NCBI GenBank assembly: GCA_963749075.1
Contig: CAVVLJ010000014.1
Location: 1-64,000, forward strand
Direction of reading: 5' to 3'
From: an uncultured Pseudomonadota bacterium
GTDB taxonomy: Bacteria > Pseudomonadota > Alphaproteobacteria > JACZXZ01
DNA length: 64,000 nt
The position numbers were made by a program, and so were the translations under genes. The notes under the pieces were generated by a model, which saw nothing but the letters and a program-made list of their open reading frames with translations, was not told where the DNA came from and ran no database searches. The first letter of the stretch is position 1. Each line of letters opens with the position of its first letter. Below are positions 42,537 to 52,844 of the stretch, piece after piece.

Positions 42537-43394
42537 TCAATCGAGTTTCTTTCCCAGCCTCCCGGCCAGGTCCTGGATGTACTGCCAGGCCACGCGGCCC
42601 GAGCGCGCGCCGCGGGTGATCGACCATTCGTTGGCTTCGCGGTGGAGCTCGTCCGGCCCCATCTTGAGGCCGTGGTGCGCCGCATAGGCCTCGATCATGG
42701 CGAAATAGGTATCCTGGTCGCAGTGGTGAAAGCCGAGCCAGAGGCCGAAGCGGTCGGAGAGCGAGACCTTCTCCTCGACCGCCTCCGAGGGGTTGATGGC
42801 GGTCGAGCGCTCGTTCTCGATCATGTCGCGCGGCATGAGGTGGCGGCGGTTCGAGGTGGCGTAGAACACCACGTTCGCCGGGCGGCCCTCGATGCCGCCC
42901 TCGAGCACCGCCTTGAGCGACTTGTAGGTCGTCTCGATGCCGTCAAAGGAGAGATCGTCGCAGAAGAGCACGCAGCGCCGCTCTCTGCCGCGCAGCTTGT
43001 CGAGCAGTCGCGGCAGCGACGGGATGTCCTCGCGGTGGATCTCGACGAGGGCAAGTGCCCCCGCGCGCTCCTCGTTGAGGGCGGCGTGGATGGCCTTGAC
43101 GAGGGAGCTCTTGCCCATGCCGCGGGCACCCCAGAGAAGGGCGTTGTTGGCCGGCAGCCCTTGCACGAAGCGCCGTGTATTGTCGAGCAGCACGTCGCGC
43201 TGGCGTGCGATGCCCTGGAGGAGAGCGAGGTCGACGCGGTTGATGTCGCGGATGGGCTCGAGCCACTCGCCCTCGGCGTGCCAGACGAAGGCGTCGGCGC
43301 CGTGGAGGTCGGCGGGCGGCGGCGGCGGCGGCGCCAGGCGCTCGAGGGCGGCGGCGATGCGGGCGAGAAGCGTCTCGAGGTCGTGGTCGGCCAT
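42537..43394 (-). CDS. DUF815 AAA+ ATP-binding protein
   Basis: ANNALLWGARGMGKSSL, FCDDLSF, YATSNRRHLMP, EEKVSLSDRFGLWLGF, RSGRVAWQ. Confidence 0.93.
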   Translation of the reverse strand: MADHDLETLLARIAAALERLAPPPPPPADLHGADAFVWHAEGEWLEPIRDINRVDLALLQGIARQRDVLLDNTRRFVQGLPANNALLWGARGMGKSSLVKAIHAALNEERAGALALVEIHREDIPSLPRLLDKLRGRERRCVLFCDDLSFDGIETTYKSLKAVLEGGIEGRPANVVFYATSNRRHLMPRDMIENERSTAINPSEAVEEKVSLSDRFGLWLGFHHCDQDTYFAMIEAYAAHHGLKMGPDELHREANEWSITRGARSGRVAWQYIQDLAGRLGKKLD

Positions 43395-43673
43395 GAGCGT
43401 CCATCGGGCGAGCGGTGAGGCGGCCGGCACCCTAAAGAGGACGCCTCGCGGCGTCAAACCGGAAACCGCCAATGCCGCCGGCAAGCCGCCGCCCGAAAGC
43501 CGTTTGCGCTTCCCCGTGCGAGCGGGTAAGGTTCCGCCCCGCGTCGGCCGGCGCTCGCGACGGATGCCGGTATGTCCTTGACGAAGCTGGCAGTTCTGCC
43601 GGCGGCGGGGGGTGCCGCCGCCGGCCCGCCGGCTCGAGGATCGGCTTGCCGCGTGCAAAAAGGGGAAGAGCTC

Positions 43674-44039
43674 ATGTTCACGTCCACGGCATATGCCCAG
43701 GCTGCCAGCGGCACCAGCATCGGCGGGTTCGACATCGTCCAGATCGCCCCCCTCGTCCTCATCTTCGTCGTCTTCTACTTCCTCCTCATTCGGCCGCAGC
43801 AGAAGAAGGCGAAGGAGCACAAGACCATGCTCTCGGCCTTGCGCCGCGGCGACCGGGTCGTCACCGGCGGCGGCATCCTCGGCAGCGTCTCCAAGGTGCA
43901 GGGCGACGAGGAGGTGGTCGTGGAGATCGCCGAGGGCGTGCGCGTGCGCGTGCTGCGCAGCACGATCACCGCGGTGCTCAGCAAGACCGAGCCGGCCGTG
44001 GAGAGGGACAAGGACAAGGCCGAGGACGCGAAGAAATAG
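43674..44039 (+). CDS. yajC: Preprotein translocase subunit YajC
   Basis: FYFLLIRPQQKK, LRRGDRVVTGGGILG. Confidence 0.96.
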   Translation: MFTSTAYAQAASGTSIGGFDIVQIAPLVLIFVVFYFLLIRPQQKKAKEHKTMLSALRRGDRVVTGGGILGSVSKVQGDEEVVVEIAEGVRVRVLRSTITAVLSKTEPAVERDKDKAEDAKK

Positions 44040-44085
44040 CCGCGGCCTGCGCTTCCGGCGCGATGGCAGGCACGGGTGCTGCGCC

Positions 44086-44463
44086 ATGGACGTGACGCCG
44101 CTCATTCCCGCCGAGAGGCAGCTGATCCAGGCCTATGGCGGCGGTCGCTTCCGCATCGCGAACGCGGTCTACCAGGGCTCGGTCATCGTGCTGCCCGAGC
44201 GCACGCTGCTCTGGCCCGTCTTGGCCGCCGCGGCCGTGACCCTCGAAAGCCTCGCCGACGTGTTTGCTGCCGAGCCCAGGGTCGAGATCCTGCTGCTCGG
44301 CTGCGGCGGCAGCGCCGCTCCGCCCGGGCGCCGGCTCCGCGCCGATCTGCGCGCGCACGGCATCGTGCTCGAGCCCATGGATACCGGCGCCGCCTGCCGC
44401 ACCTTCAACGTCCTCCTCGCCGAGGAGCGGCGCGTCGCGGCAGCGCTCATCGCCGTGGACTAG
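44086..44463 (+). CDS. Mth938-like domain protein
   Basis: IQAYGGGRFRI, EILLLGCG, MDTGAACRTFNVLLAEERRVAAALI. Confidence 0.92.
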   Translation: MDVTPLIPAERQLIQAYGGGRFRIANAVYQGSVIVLPERTLLWPVLAAAAVTLESLADVFAAEPRVEILLLGCGGSAAPPGRRLRADLRAHGIVLEPMDTGAACRTFNVLLAEERRVAAALIAVD

Positions 44464-44493
44464 GCCGGCCGCGGCCGCCCCGCGCGCGGCCCC

Positions 44494-45699
44494 TCACGCG
44501 CGGGCGAGCGTGCGCTGGACCACGAGGCTCGCGAGGCCGGCGGCGGCGATGGCGGCGGCCATGGGGACGGCGCTTGTGCCGCCCACGGCGCCGAGGCAGC
44601 CGCTCGCGAGGGCACCGGCGAGAAACTGCAGCGTGCCGAAGAGGGCGGATGCCGTGCCGGCGCGCTCCGGGAAGAGGTTGAGGCAGCCGGCGACGGCATT
44701 GGGGCCGACGAAGCCGATGCTGGCGAGGAAGAAGAAGAGCGGAACGAGGAGGGCGACGAGGCCGCCCCATCCGACTGCCGCCGTCGCGATGAGGAGAGCG
44801 CCCGAGACCGCCGCCGCGAGCACGCCGAAGGCGAGCATGCGGTCGCTGCCGAAGCGCGTGACGCGGCGGCTGTTGATGGCGGCTGCCGCGAGCATGCCCA
44901 GCACGTTGAAGCCGAAGATCAGCCCGAAGCGCTCGGGCCTCACGCCGTAGAGCGTGATGAGGACGACGGGCGAGCCGGTCAGATAGGCGAAGAGGCCGCC
45001 GTAGACGAGCGCTCCGCTCAGGGCGTAGCCGAGAAAGCGCCGGTCGGCGAGCGGCGCTCCGTAGGCGCTCGCGAGGGCGGCGAGCCCGCCGCGCTCTCGC
45101 TTCTCGCGCGGCAGCGTCTCGTGGAGGAGCGCGAGCGCCGCCGCCAGCACGAGCGCCCCGAAGGCGGCGAGCGTCCAGAAGATCGCCCGCCAGCCGGCGA
45201 AGAGGAGGAGCTGCCCGCCCAAGAGCGGGGCGATCACCGGGGCTATGCCCATGACCATCACCATGAGCGAGAGGATGCGCGCCGCCTGGTCGCCCTCGTA
45301 GAGATCGCGCACCATCGCGCGGGCGATCACCGGCCCGCCGCAGCCGCCGAGCGCCTGGACGAAGCGGCAGAGGAGGAGGGCGTCGAGGCTCCGCGCCAAG
45401 GCGCAGCCGAGGCTTGCCAGCGTGAAGAGCACCAGGCCGGCGACGAGCGGCGGCAGGCGCCCGTAGTGGTCCGCGAGCGGGCCGTAGACGAGCTGGCCCG
45501 CGCCGAAGCCGAGGAAGAAGGTGCTGAGGGTGAGCTGGGCCGCCCCCGGCAGCACCTTGAGATCGACCGCGATGGTGGGCAGCGCCGGCAGATACATATC
45601 GGTCGCAAGCGGTGCGAAGGCGGTCAGCGCGCCCAGCACGAGGACGAGCACGCGCTCGCGGGACCTGGGCGTCGCAGCGTGGGGCAAGAGAAAGGGCAT
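44494..45699 (-). CDS. Bcr/CflA-family MFS efflux transporter
   Basis: PLATDMYLPALP, GQLVYGPLADHYGR, ARAMVRDLY, AGTASAL. Confidence 0.92.
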   Translation of the reverse strand: MPFLLPHAATPRSRERVLVLVLGALTAFAPLATDMYLPALPTIAVDLKVLPGAAQLTLSTFFLGFGAGQLVYGPLADHYGRLPPLVAGLVLFTLASLGCALARSLDALLLCRFVQALGGCGGPVIARAMVRDLYEGDQAARILSLMVMVMGIAPVIAPLLGGQLLLFAGWRAIFWTLAAFGALVLAAALALLHETLPREKRERGGLAALASAYGAPLADRRFLGYALSGALVYGGLFAYLTGSPVVLITLYGVRPERFGLIFGFNVLGMLAAAAINSRRVTRFGSDRMLAFGVLAAAVSGALLIATAAVGWGGLVALLVPLFFFLASIGFVGPNAVAGCLNLFPERAGTASALFGTLQFLAGALASGCLGAVGGTSAVPMAAAIAAAGLASLVVQRTLARA

Positions 45700-45976
45700 G
45701 CGCGGCGATCGCCTCGGCTGGCTTGCGGAGGAGGCTAGCCGCGCTGAGTAGCGGAATGCGGGAGGCGATGCAAGGACGCGCTCGGATGCCGCGATCGGCG
45801 GCGCGCGCGCTTTCGGCTTCCTGGCACCCCGGCGAAATGATAGCGTTCACGCCGTTCCTTGCTCGTCCGGGGAACGCCGGTTGAAGGTTTCGCTCGGGCT
45901 CTGCGCATTTTTTTAGCTCTTGCGCAGGGGGCTCCGGCGCTGGCAAGACAAAGTGAAATCCCAGGATCGCCGAGCC

Positions 45977-48117
45977 ATGTCGATGCGGCTGCCCCTTCTC
46001 CTCGCGCTGGCGAGCGGCGGCGCCATAGGGGCGGCGCTTTATGCCGACGGCTATTTCCCGCAGAACGACGTATTTGCGGCCTACCAGATCTTCCACTACG
46101 TCTACTCGTCGGTTCTGCTCGATGGCCAAGTGCCGCTTTGGCAGCCCTACGCCAGCTATGGACTGCCGCACGGTTATGAAATGGCATTCACGTTCGGACC
46201 GACCGAGGCGCTCATGGCGGTCGTCGGCGTGCTGCTCAGAGTTTCCGATATCAAGCTTCTCTTTTTCGCCTCGGTCGGGCTGAACTACGCGATGATCGGC
46301 ATCGCCGCGGCATTTCTGGTGCGCGAGCTCACCGGCAGCAGCGGAGCACCCGCTGCCTTCGCCGCCGTCGCCTTGCCGCTCAGCCAACACATGGAAACTC
46401 ATCCCTTGAGTTACCAATTCGCCCAGGCCGTGCTCTTCGCGATCCTCTTCCTCGTGCGATTCGTGAAGACACGGCGCGGTGTCTGGCTGACGGCGGGCGG
46501 ACTGGCCTTGGTGGCGAATGTCTATGGCGAGGGACAGTATCTCGCGGTCCCGCAATTTTATTGTGCAGCCCTGTTCGCCTTGATGGCGGGCTGGCGATAC
46601 CGCAAAGCGATGGCGGCGGAGTGGCGGAGCATGTTGCGCTCCATGCTCACTGTCCCGGCTTTGGCGCTCGCGGCGCTGACCGCAGTGCTTGCGGCGGGAC
46701 TCCTTCTGATCGACCATGAAATCTTGCAGACGCTGAGCCTCACGGCCCGCGCGCGCGATACGCAGAGCTTGGTGCCCACCCTCGACACCTACCTCCATTA
46801 CCTCTACGCAAGGCCGATTGCCCGCTTTATCGATGTCGTCAACGGCCGGCCGATCAGCGGCTATGACGTTCTGGCTTTACATCGGCGCGGGCAATCTGGC
46901 AGTGCTGCTCTATGCCCTTGTTCGCGGCTGGAAGAACTCGCTTCCTTCCGGAGCTTTTGATCCTTGTGCTGTTGATCACCGCGTTTTCCCTGCCCGACCA
47001 ATTTCCTCTTGCAAGGTGGGTCTACTATTGGGTGCCGGGGATGGATCTCTTCCGGTCGGTGAGCTACGCGTCCGTGTTCGCAAAGCCCTTCGCGGTTCTG
47101 ACGGTGGCCGTCGTGCTCGCCGATGCAAGCCTGCTGCAGGCGGAGGGCCGCCGCGCTTTGCTGCTGTGGGCGGCGGCGATCATGCTCACGGCGTGTGTGA
47201 TTCAGGCGATCCACATCGAGCCGTTTTTCTACTGGGACTCCCTCGATTACGGCTGGATCGCCATCGGCGGCAGCCTTGCCCTTGCGTTGTCGCTGGCTCT
47301 CCTGCCGGAACGAAACTGGAAGCGCTGGGGCTCCGTCGTCCTATGTCTTGTGCTCGCGGGCGAGGTCGTGGTCCATCGGGTTGCCTTCGAGGCCAAATTC
47401 TACGCGGCTCTCGCCGCACTCCGGCCGCAAACGACCGAGGCGTCCGCGGCCGCCGAATTCTCGATCGACTCGTGGTACGAACGGCCGCGGCGTCTGGTCT
47501 ACCAGCCGGTGCGCGTGCCGGTTCCGCGGTTGGTAGCGCCCTACGAACCCGTGGGAGACATCTATCACTATATCTGGTCATTCGTCGGCATCGATCCTTG
47601 CGTGCCGGGCACTCGCTCGGACACCTATGCGCGTTGGGTCGCCGAGGCGCTGAGGCGGCGCGGCGCCACGGAGGGGGCTCTGAACTATGGGATGCTGGGG
47701 CAGCTCGGAGGCGATTTCAATGCGGCCTTCGGCTGTGGCCAGCCGAAGCTTACGATCAGCGATCCCAAAGGTACGGCGCAGGTGGTCCGCTTCAGCGCCA
47801 ACGATGTCTCCATTGCCGTGAGCGCGCCTGCCGGAGGCATCTTGACTTACCGCGACGCCTGGTTGCCGGCCTGGCAGGCGACGATCGACGGCACGCCCGA
47901 GCCCGTGGAGCGCAATGGCGACGGCTTCAAGACGCTTCGGATTCCGCCCGGCGATCACCGGGTGGAATTCGTCTTCCGGCCGCTGATGGGGGAAGGTGCC
48001 ATGACGGCACTCGCCTTGTTACTCAGCGTATCCGTCGTCGTGCAGCTCTGGCTCGCATGGGGCGCCCGCGCCGCTCCACGGGAAGACGCCCACTTAGCCG
48101 CTGCCGCGCGTCGTTAG
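45977..48117 (+). CDS. YfhO-like polytopic membrane protein (GT-C-type); frameshifts near 46869 and 46935
   Basis: GQVPLWQPYASYGLP near the N-terminus, many TM segments, C-terminal YRDAWLPAWQATIDG...IPPGDHRVEFVFRP followed by a TM. Confidence 0.7.
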
Positions 48118-48125
48118 CACGCACG

Positions 48126-48151
48126 GAAACGGGGCCGCGAGGCCCCGTTTC
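48126..48151. terminator. Hairpin between convergent genes (probable bidirectional terminator)
   Basis: GAAACGGGGCC-GCGA-GGCCCCGTTTC with GNRA loop. Confidence 0.7.
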
Positions 48152-48171
48152 GCAAGCGCGGAGGCGCCCGC

Positions 48172-48768
48172 CTAGGAGAGGAACGAGGCGCCGGCCATGC
48201 AGAAGAGCATGGGGATGGAGAGCATCGTATTGATGCGGGACGCCATGCCGGCCATGCGGCCGGCGGCCTTCTTGGCGTCGGCGCTGGCCTCGACGAAGCC
48301 GAGGATCTTCTTCTGGTTCGGCCAGATGATGAACCAGACGTTGAACCACATGATGGTGCCGAGCCACATGCCGATGCCGATGAGCATCGTGCGCCAGCCC
48401 TCATGGCTGATGAGGTCGAGGGTATAGGCCTGCCAGAAATAGCCGTTGCTGATGGCAAGGAGCCAGCCCGTGGCGATGGTCGACATGGCCGACCAGCGGA
48501 ACCAGAAGAGCGCCGAGGGGGCGATCACCTTGCTGATGGCCGGCTTCTGCTCGTCGGGAATCTTCGGCATGCCGGGCGTCTGCACGAAGTTGAAGTACCA
48601 GAGCAGGCCGATCCACATGACGCCGCTGATGATGTGCAGCCAGCGGAAGAGGAAGGCCCAGAAGGTTTCGTGAAAACCGACCATGCCGAGATAGAGGAGG
48701 AAGAGGAGGAACGCCAGGACGAAGCCGGCGATCACGGTGCGCTGCAGCGATGAGAAGAAATCGGCCAT
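48172..48768 (-). CDS. PuuD-like (Urate_ox_N) membrane protein lacking the cytochrome c domain
   Basis: RWLHIISGVMWIGLLWYFNF, ALFWFRW, GTIMWFNVWFIIWPNQKK, SRINTMLSIPM. Confidence 0.8.
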   Translation of the reverse strand: MADFFSSLQRTVIAGFVLAFLLFLLYLGMVGFHETFWAFLFRWLHIISGVMWIGLLWYFNFVQTPGMPKIPDEQKPAISKVIAPSALFWFRWSAMSTIATGWLLAISNGYFWQAYTLDLISHEGWRTMLIGIGMWLGTIMWFNVWFIIWPNQKKILGFVEASADAKKAAGRMAGMASRINTMLSIPMLFCMAGASFLS

Positions 48769-48926
48769 TTGATCCACTCCCCTGAAGCCGTCGTTGCGCT
48801 TGTTCTAGCACAAGTCCTTGCCGGATGCAGCGGCCCGCCCTGCCGGCGCACGCCCAGGCGACTCTCGCGAGGGTGAAGTTAAGGCTTGCCGCGGGACTTG
48901 TGAAGAGCAAAGGGGCGCCGAGCGCC

Positions 48927-51629
48927 CTACTTGGGCTCGGGGCCCTGGCTCACGCGCGCCAGGGCCTCCGGGCGCAGCCACTTCGCGAACGCAGCCTCGA
49001 CGTCCTCGGCACCGAGTGCCAAATAGCGGCGCGCCGCAAGCGTCGGCTCGTCGAGCGGCAGCTCGAGCTGGGTCCGCTCGATGAAGCCGCGCGCGATGGC
49101 GTTGACGCTCGCCTCGGCGAGCGGGATGCGGCGGAGCAGCATGGCCTTGGCGCGCTGCAACTCGTCGTCGCTGAGCGGCGCCTTCTGCATCTCGGCGATC
49201 TCGCGCGCCACGCTCGCCTGCACCTTGGAGACGTTCTCGGGATCGCAGGCATATTGCACGTAGTAGACGCCGCGCGTCAGGCCGGCATCGATGGCGGCGG
49301 AGACGTAGTAGACGAGCCCGGCGTCCTTGCGCAGATCGCGGCTCAAGCGCGAGGAATAGAAGCCGCCGCCGAGCGCCACGTCGCCGAGCTCCAGCGGGTA
49401 GTAGTCCGGGCTCGCGCGGGTGATGCCGACGGTCTCGGCGAGCGTCACGCGGTCCTGCACGCGGGCCGCGTCGGGCACCGCGGTGCTGCTCGCCTCGCTC
49501 GGCGGCACCGGCGGCAGCACCGTCACCGGCTTGGGCCCGGCGGCACGCCAGGCGCCGAAGTACTTTTCGATGACCGCCTTGGCCTTGGCCGGCGTGGTCC
49601 GGCCGATGACCACGATCGTCGTCAGGTCGGGCCGGACTGCCGCGCGGTAGTAAGTGCGCACGTCGTCGAGGGTGAGTGCCGACACGGTCTCCGGCAGCGG
49701 CCGGCGCAGCGTGGGATCGTCCTTGGGGAAGAGGGCGGCGCGGAGCGCGCGGCTGGCGAGGTAGTTGGCGCTCTTGAGCTGGCCGGCGACGCTCTGTGCG
49801 ATCTGGCGCTTGACGATCTCGAAGGCCTCGCGCGGCAGCGCCGGGTGCAGCTCGTGCTCGGCGAGGAGGGCGACGCCGCGGTCGAGATTTCCCGCCAGCA
49901 CCTCGAGCGAGAAGTCGGTGCCCGCCTGCTCGTCGGCGCCGATGGCGTCGAGCGCCTGCTGGAAGGCCAGGCGGTCGTGCCGCTCGCTGCCGAAGCTGAA
50001 GAGCTGGTCGAGCACCTGCGACAGGCCTTCCCGGCCCTTGGGCACCTGAAGCTCCGGGCGGTTGCGCACGCTGCCGATGACGCTCACGGTGTCGCTCACC
50101 GTCTCCGGCTGCACGATGAGGGTGATGCCGTTGGCAAGCAGGCTCACCACCGGATGCACCGTCGAATCCGGCACGGCGAGATGGCTGAGCGCCGCCGCGG
50201 CCCAATCGGGGAGCGGCGTCGGCTTGGCCTCGCCCAGCGAGATCGATTCGAGGCCGCCGAAACCCTTGGAGGCGACCGGCTTGCCCGAGCCCTGCGGCGT
50301 CAGCACGGCGCTCGTGGCACGCGCGAGATCGAGGTATTTCCGCGCCACGCGGTCGACGTCCGCGACCGTCACCTTGTCGATGCGCGCGAGGTCGTCCTCG
50401 GGCGAGGCGAGCCCGTCGACGGCCACCGCCTCCGACCACACCATGGCGAGGCCGGAGATGGAATTCTTTTCCGATTCCGCGGCGCGCTTCTCCTGCAGCT
50501 TGGCTGCCGCCACGAGTGCCGGCGGCACGCCTTCCTTGGCGATCCTCGCGAGGATGGCGCGCATCTCGCGCTTAAGCGCCTCGGGATCGCCGCCGAGCGG
50601 AAAGGCGGTGGTGGCGATGCCGAGCCCGGCCTTGGCCAGGGGCTCGAGGGAGAAGTCGGCGTAGAGCGCCTTGCCCGAGGCCACCAGTCCGTAGAGCTCG
50701 CCGCGCTGGCTCGAGAGCACGTCGGCGAGCACCTCGCTCGCCGCGTAGTCGGGGCTTTCGAGACCGGGCATGGGCAAGGCGAGCATCGCGAGCCCGTAGG
50801 GCTGGTCGGTCTGGAGGGTGAGCGACTGGGGCTTGGGGCTGCCGAGCGCGAAGCTCGGCCGCGGCGGCAGCGTCTTCGACGGAATGGCGCCGAACAGCTC
50901 CTTCACCTTGGCGAGCGTCGCCTGGGGATCGAGATCGCCGACCACGATGAGGATCGCGTTGTTGGGCGCATACCACTTGTCGTAGAACGCCTTCAGCATG
51001 GCGCCCGTGGTCTGGTCGAAGGAGGGCCGCGTGCCGAGCGCGTCGTGCTCGTAGGTAGTGCCCTTGAAGAAGGCCTCGCGCAGCTTGGTGAAGAGCACGT
51101 AGCGCGGGTTCGAGAGGTCCTGCGCCACCTCCTGCTCGATGGCGCCGCGCTCCTTCTCCCAGTCCTCCTGGCGGTCGAGCACGTCGCGCATGCGCAGCGC
51201 CTCGATGTTGAGCGCCACGTCGAGATCCTCGGCCGGCACCGTGAAGTAGTACTGGGTGACCGTCTGGCGCGTGTCGGCGTTGAAGTTGCCGCCCATCACG
51301 CTGCCGATGTTGGCGAGCTGGTCGGAGCTGAGGCCGGGGTTGCCGCGGAACATCATGTGCTCCTGGGCGTGCGCCATGCCGGGGAAGCCGGGCGGCGTCT
51401 CGTCGGCGCCGACCAGGTAGTTGACCGCGGTGGTGATCACCGGAGCGAGCGTGTTGCGCACGATGACGACCTTGACGCCGTTCTCGAGCGTCGCGCGCAC
51501 GACGCCCGTCTCGGCGGCGCGGGCCGCGCAAGCGGGAACCGCCGCGGCGAGCAGAGCGGCGGCAAAGGCGGCGAGGACAGCGCGCGAGACGGCCTTGCTG
51601 CGGGCAGGCGCCCATAGGCGATTGGTCAT
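48927..51629 (-). CDS. Secreted M16-family (pitrilysin/PqqL-like) zinc metallopeptidase
   Basis: Signal peptide; GMAHAQEHMMFRG (HxxEH); FNADT; FYDKWYAPNNA.L.VVGD; second half SRL..LR...GLVY. Confidence 0.92.
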   Translation of the reverse strand: MTNRLWAPARSKAVSRAVLAAFAAALLAAAVPACAARAAETGVVRATLENGVKVVIVRNTLAPVITTAVNYLVGADETPPGFPGMAHAQEHMMFRGNPGLSSDQLANIGSVMGGNFNADTRQTVTQYYFTVPAEDLDVALNIEALRMRDVLDRQEDWEKERGAIEQEVAQDLSNPRYVLFTKLREAFFKGTTYEHDALGTRPSFDQTTGAMLKAFYDKWYAPNNAILIVVGDLDPQATLAKVKELFGAIPSKTLPPRPSFALGSPKPQSLTLQTDQPYGLAMLALPMPGLESPDYAASEVLADVLSSQRGELYGLVASGKALYADFSLEPLAKAGLGIATTAFPLGGDPEALKREMRAILARIAKEGVPPALVAAAKLQEKRAAESEKNSISGLAMVWSEAVAVDGLASPEDDLARIDKVTVADVDRVARKYLDLARATSAVLTPQGSGKPVASKGFGGLESISLGEAKPTPLPDWAAAALSHLAVPDSTVHPVVSLLANGITLIVQPETVSDTVSVIGSVRNRPELQVPKGREGLSQVLDQLFSFGSERHDRLAFQQALDAIGADEQAGTDFSLEVLAGNLDRGVALLAEHELHPALPREAFEIVKRQIAQSVAGQLKSANYLASRALRAALFPKDDPTLRRPLPETVSALTLDDVRTYYRAAVRPDLTTIVVIGRTTPAKAKAVIEKYFGAWRAAGPKPVTVLPPVPPSEASSTAVPDAARVQDRVTLAETVGITRASPDYYPLELGDVALGGGFYSSRLSRDLRKDAGLVYYVSAAIDAGLTRGVYYVQYACDPENVSKVQASVAREIAEMQKAPLSDDELQRAKAMLLRRIPLAEASVNAIARGFIERTQLELPLDEPTLAARRYLALGAEDVEAAFAKWLRPEALARVSQGPEPK

Positions 51630-51729
51630 CCGAACTCCGAGCGTCAAGGGTCACCCCTCGTAAGCGGCTCATATAGACGGCCAATTGGGGCGGATGCAAG
51701 GCGGGGCTTGCGGCCCCGCGCCCAGCCGC

Positions 51730-52440
51730 TCAGCGCACCTCGATCGGAATGCGGATCTCGATGGTGGAGGCGACCGGCCGGCCGTTTTCCATGGCAGGGA
51801 AAAAGCGCCATTTCCGCAGCGCCGAGATCAAGGCCTCATTCAGGCGAGGATCGGGCGTCGTTTGCAGCAATGCGACCGTGGCGCTGCCGTCGGCCGCCAC
51901 GCGAAAGCTCGCCACTGCGACGAGGGTCAATTGGCGGTGCCGCAGTTCCTCGGGAATTTCCGGCATCGGCTTGTAGAGGGCGCGGGCACCCATGGTGATG
52001 CCCTCCGTCGGGCCGCGCGTGACGGGCGGCGAGGTGGGCGCCGCACTCGGCGTGGGCGCCTCGGGCGGCATGGAGCGCCGCGGTTGGGGCTGCGGTAGCG
52101 CTTCCCGGCGGATCGCCGGGCGCGGTTGCGGCGGCTTCTGCTGCGGCACGGGCGGCAATGGCGCCGTCTCGGTCACCGGCGCCGCTTCAGATGGCGGCGG
52201 CGGCTCCTCTTTCGGCGGCGGGGGCGTGGTCGTGATCGCGGGCGGCGCATCGGCTGGCGCCGGCTCGGGCGGCAGCTCGACGATCCGCATTGCCACCGGC
52301 CGGCTCGTGGGGAGCGGCGGCATCGTGGTCAAAATCCCGAGGAAACCGGCGAGCGCCAGCCCCATCAGGGCCACTGCCGCCGGCAGCGACCAGACCAGCC
52401 GGTACCAGGGCCCATCCGGCACCCGCCTTGCGAGCGGCAC
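51730..52440 (-). CDS. tonB: Energy transducer TonB
   Basis: N-terminal TM, Pro-rich linker, C-terminal WRFFPAMENGRPV. Confidence 0.88.
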   Translation of the reverse strand: MPLARRVPDGPWYRLVWSLPAAVALMGLALAGFLGILTTMPPLPTSRPVAMRIVELPPEPAPADAPPAITTTPPPPKEEPPPPSEAAPVTETAPLPPVPQQKPPQPRPAIRREALPQPQPRRSMPPEAPTPSAAPTSPPVTRGPTEGITMGARALYKPMPEIPEELRHRQLTLVAVASFRVAADGSATVALLQTTPDPRLNEALISALRKWRFFPAMENGRPVASTIEIRIPIEVR

Positions 52441-52442
52441 GC

Positions 52443-52844
52443 CTAGTCCTTGCGGATCGCGAAGACGAACTGCTCGGCACCTGCCTCGCGCGCCCGCAGC
52501 AAGGCCTGGACCACCACGCCATTCGGTGCCGCATTGTCCGCCGCGACCACGACCATCCGGTGCGCCGGCCCCAGGAGCGGCTTCAGCGCCGCCGCGAGCG
52601 TCTCGAGCGTCACCGGAACCCTGTTCAGCAGGAGATCGCCGGTCCGGGTGACCGTCAAGGTGGCCGATCGTGCCGCGGCAAGCGGCGCTGCGCTCCCTTG
52701 CGGCAAATCGACCCGCAGCGACTGAAGGTTCTGCATCGCCAGCGAGGCCAGCATGAAGGTGGCGAGCAGGAAAAACATCACATCGATCATGGGGATGATC
52801 TCGATGCGGCCGCGGCGGCGCTGGCGCGAGGGACGCAGCTTCAT
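52443..52844 (-). CDS. exbD: Biopolymer transport protein ExbD
   Basis: IEIIPMIDVMFFLLATF, VDLP, VAAD...VVQAL..AR.AG. Confidence 0.92.
   Translation of the reverse strand: MKLRPSRQRRRGRIEIIPMIDVMFFLLATFMLASLAMQNLQSLRVDLPQGSAAPLAAARSATLTVTRTGDLLLNRVPVTLETLAAALKPLLGPAHRMVVVAADNAAPNGVVVQALLRAREAGAEQFVFAIRKD

Noticed and set aside
48825-51617. Long antisense or alternative-frame ORFs (e.g. 48825..51617 +, 7020..9314 -, 52874..55357 +, 9727..11904 -)
   Set aside because: Shadow frames of real genes caused by high GC3; no recognisable motifs.
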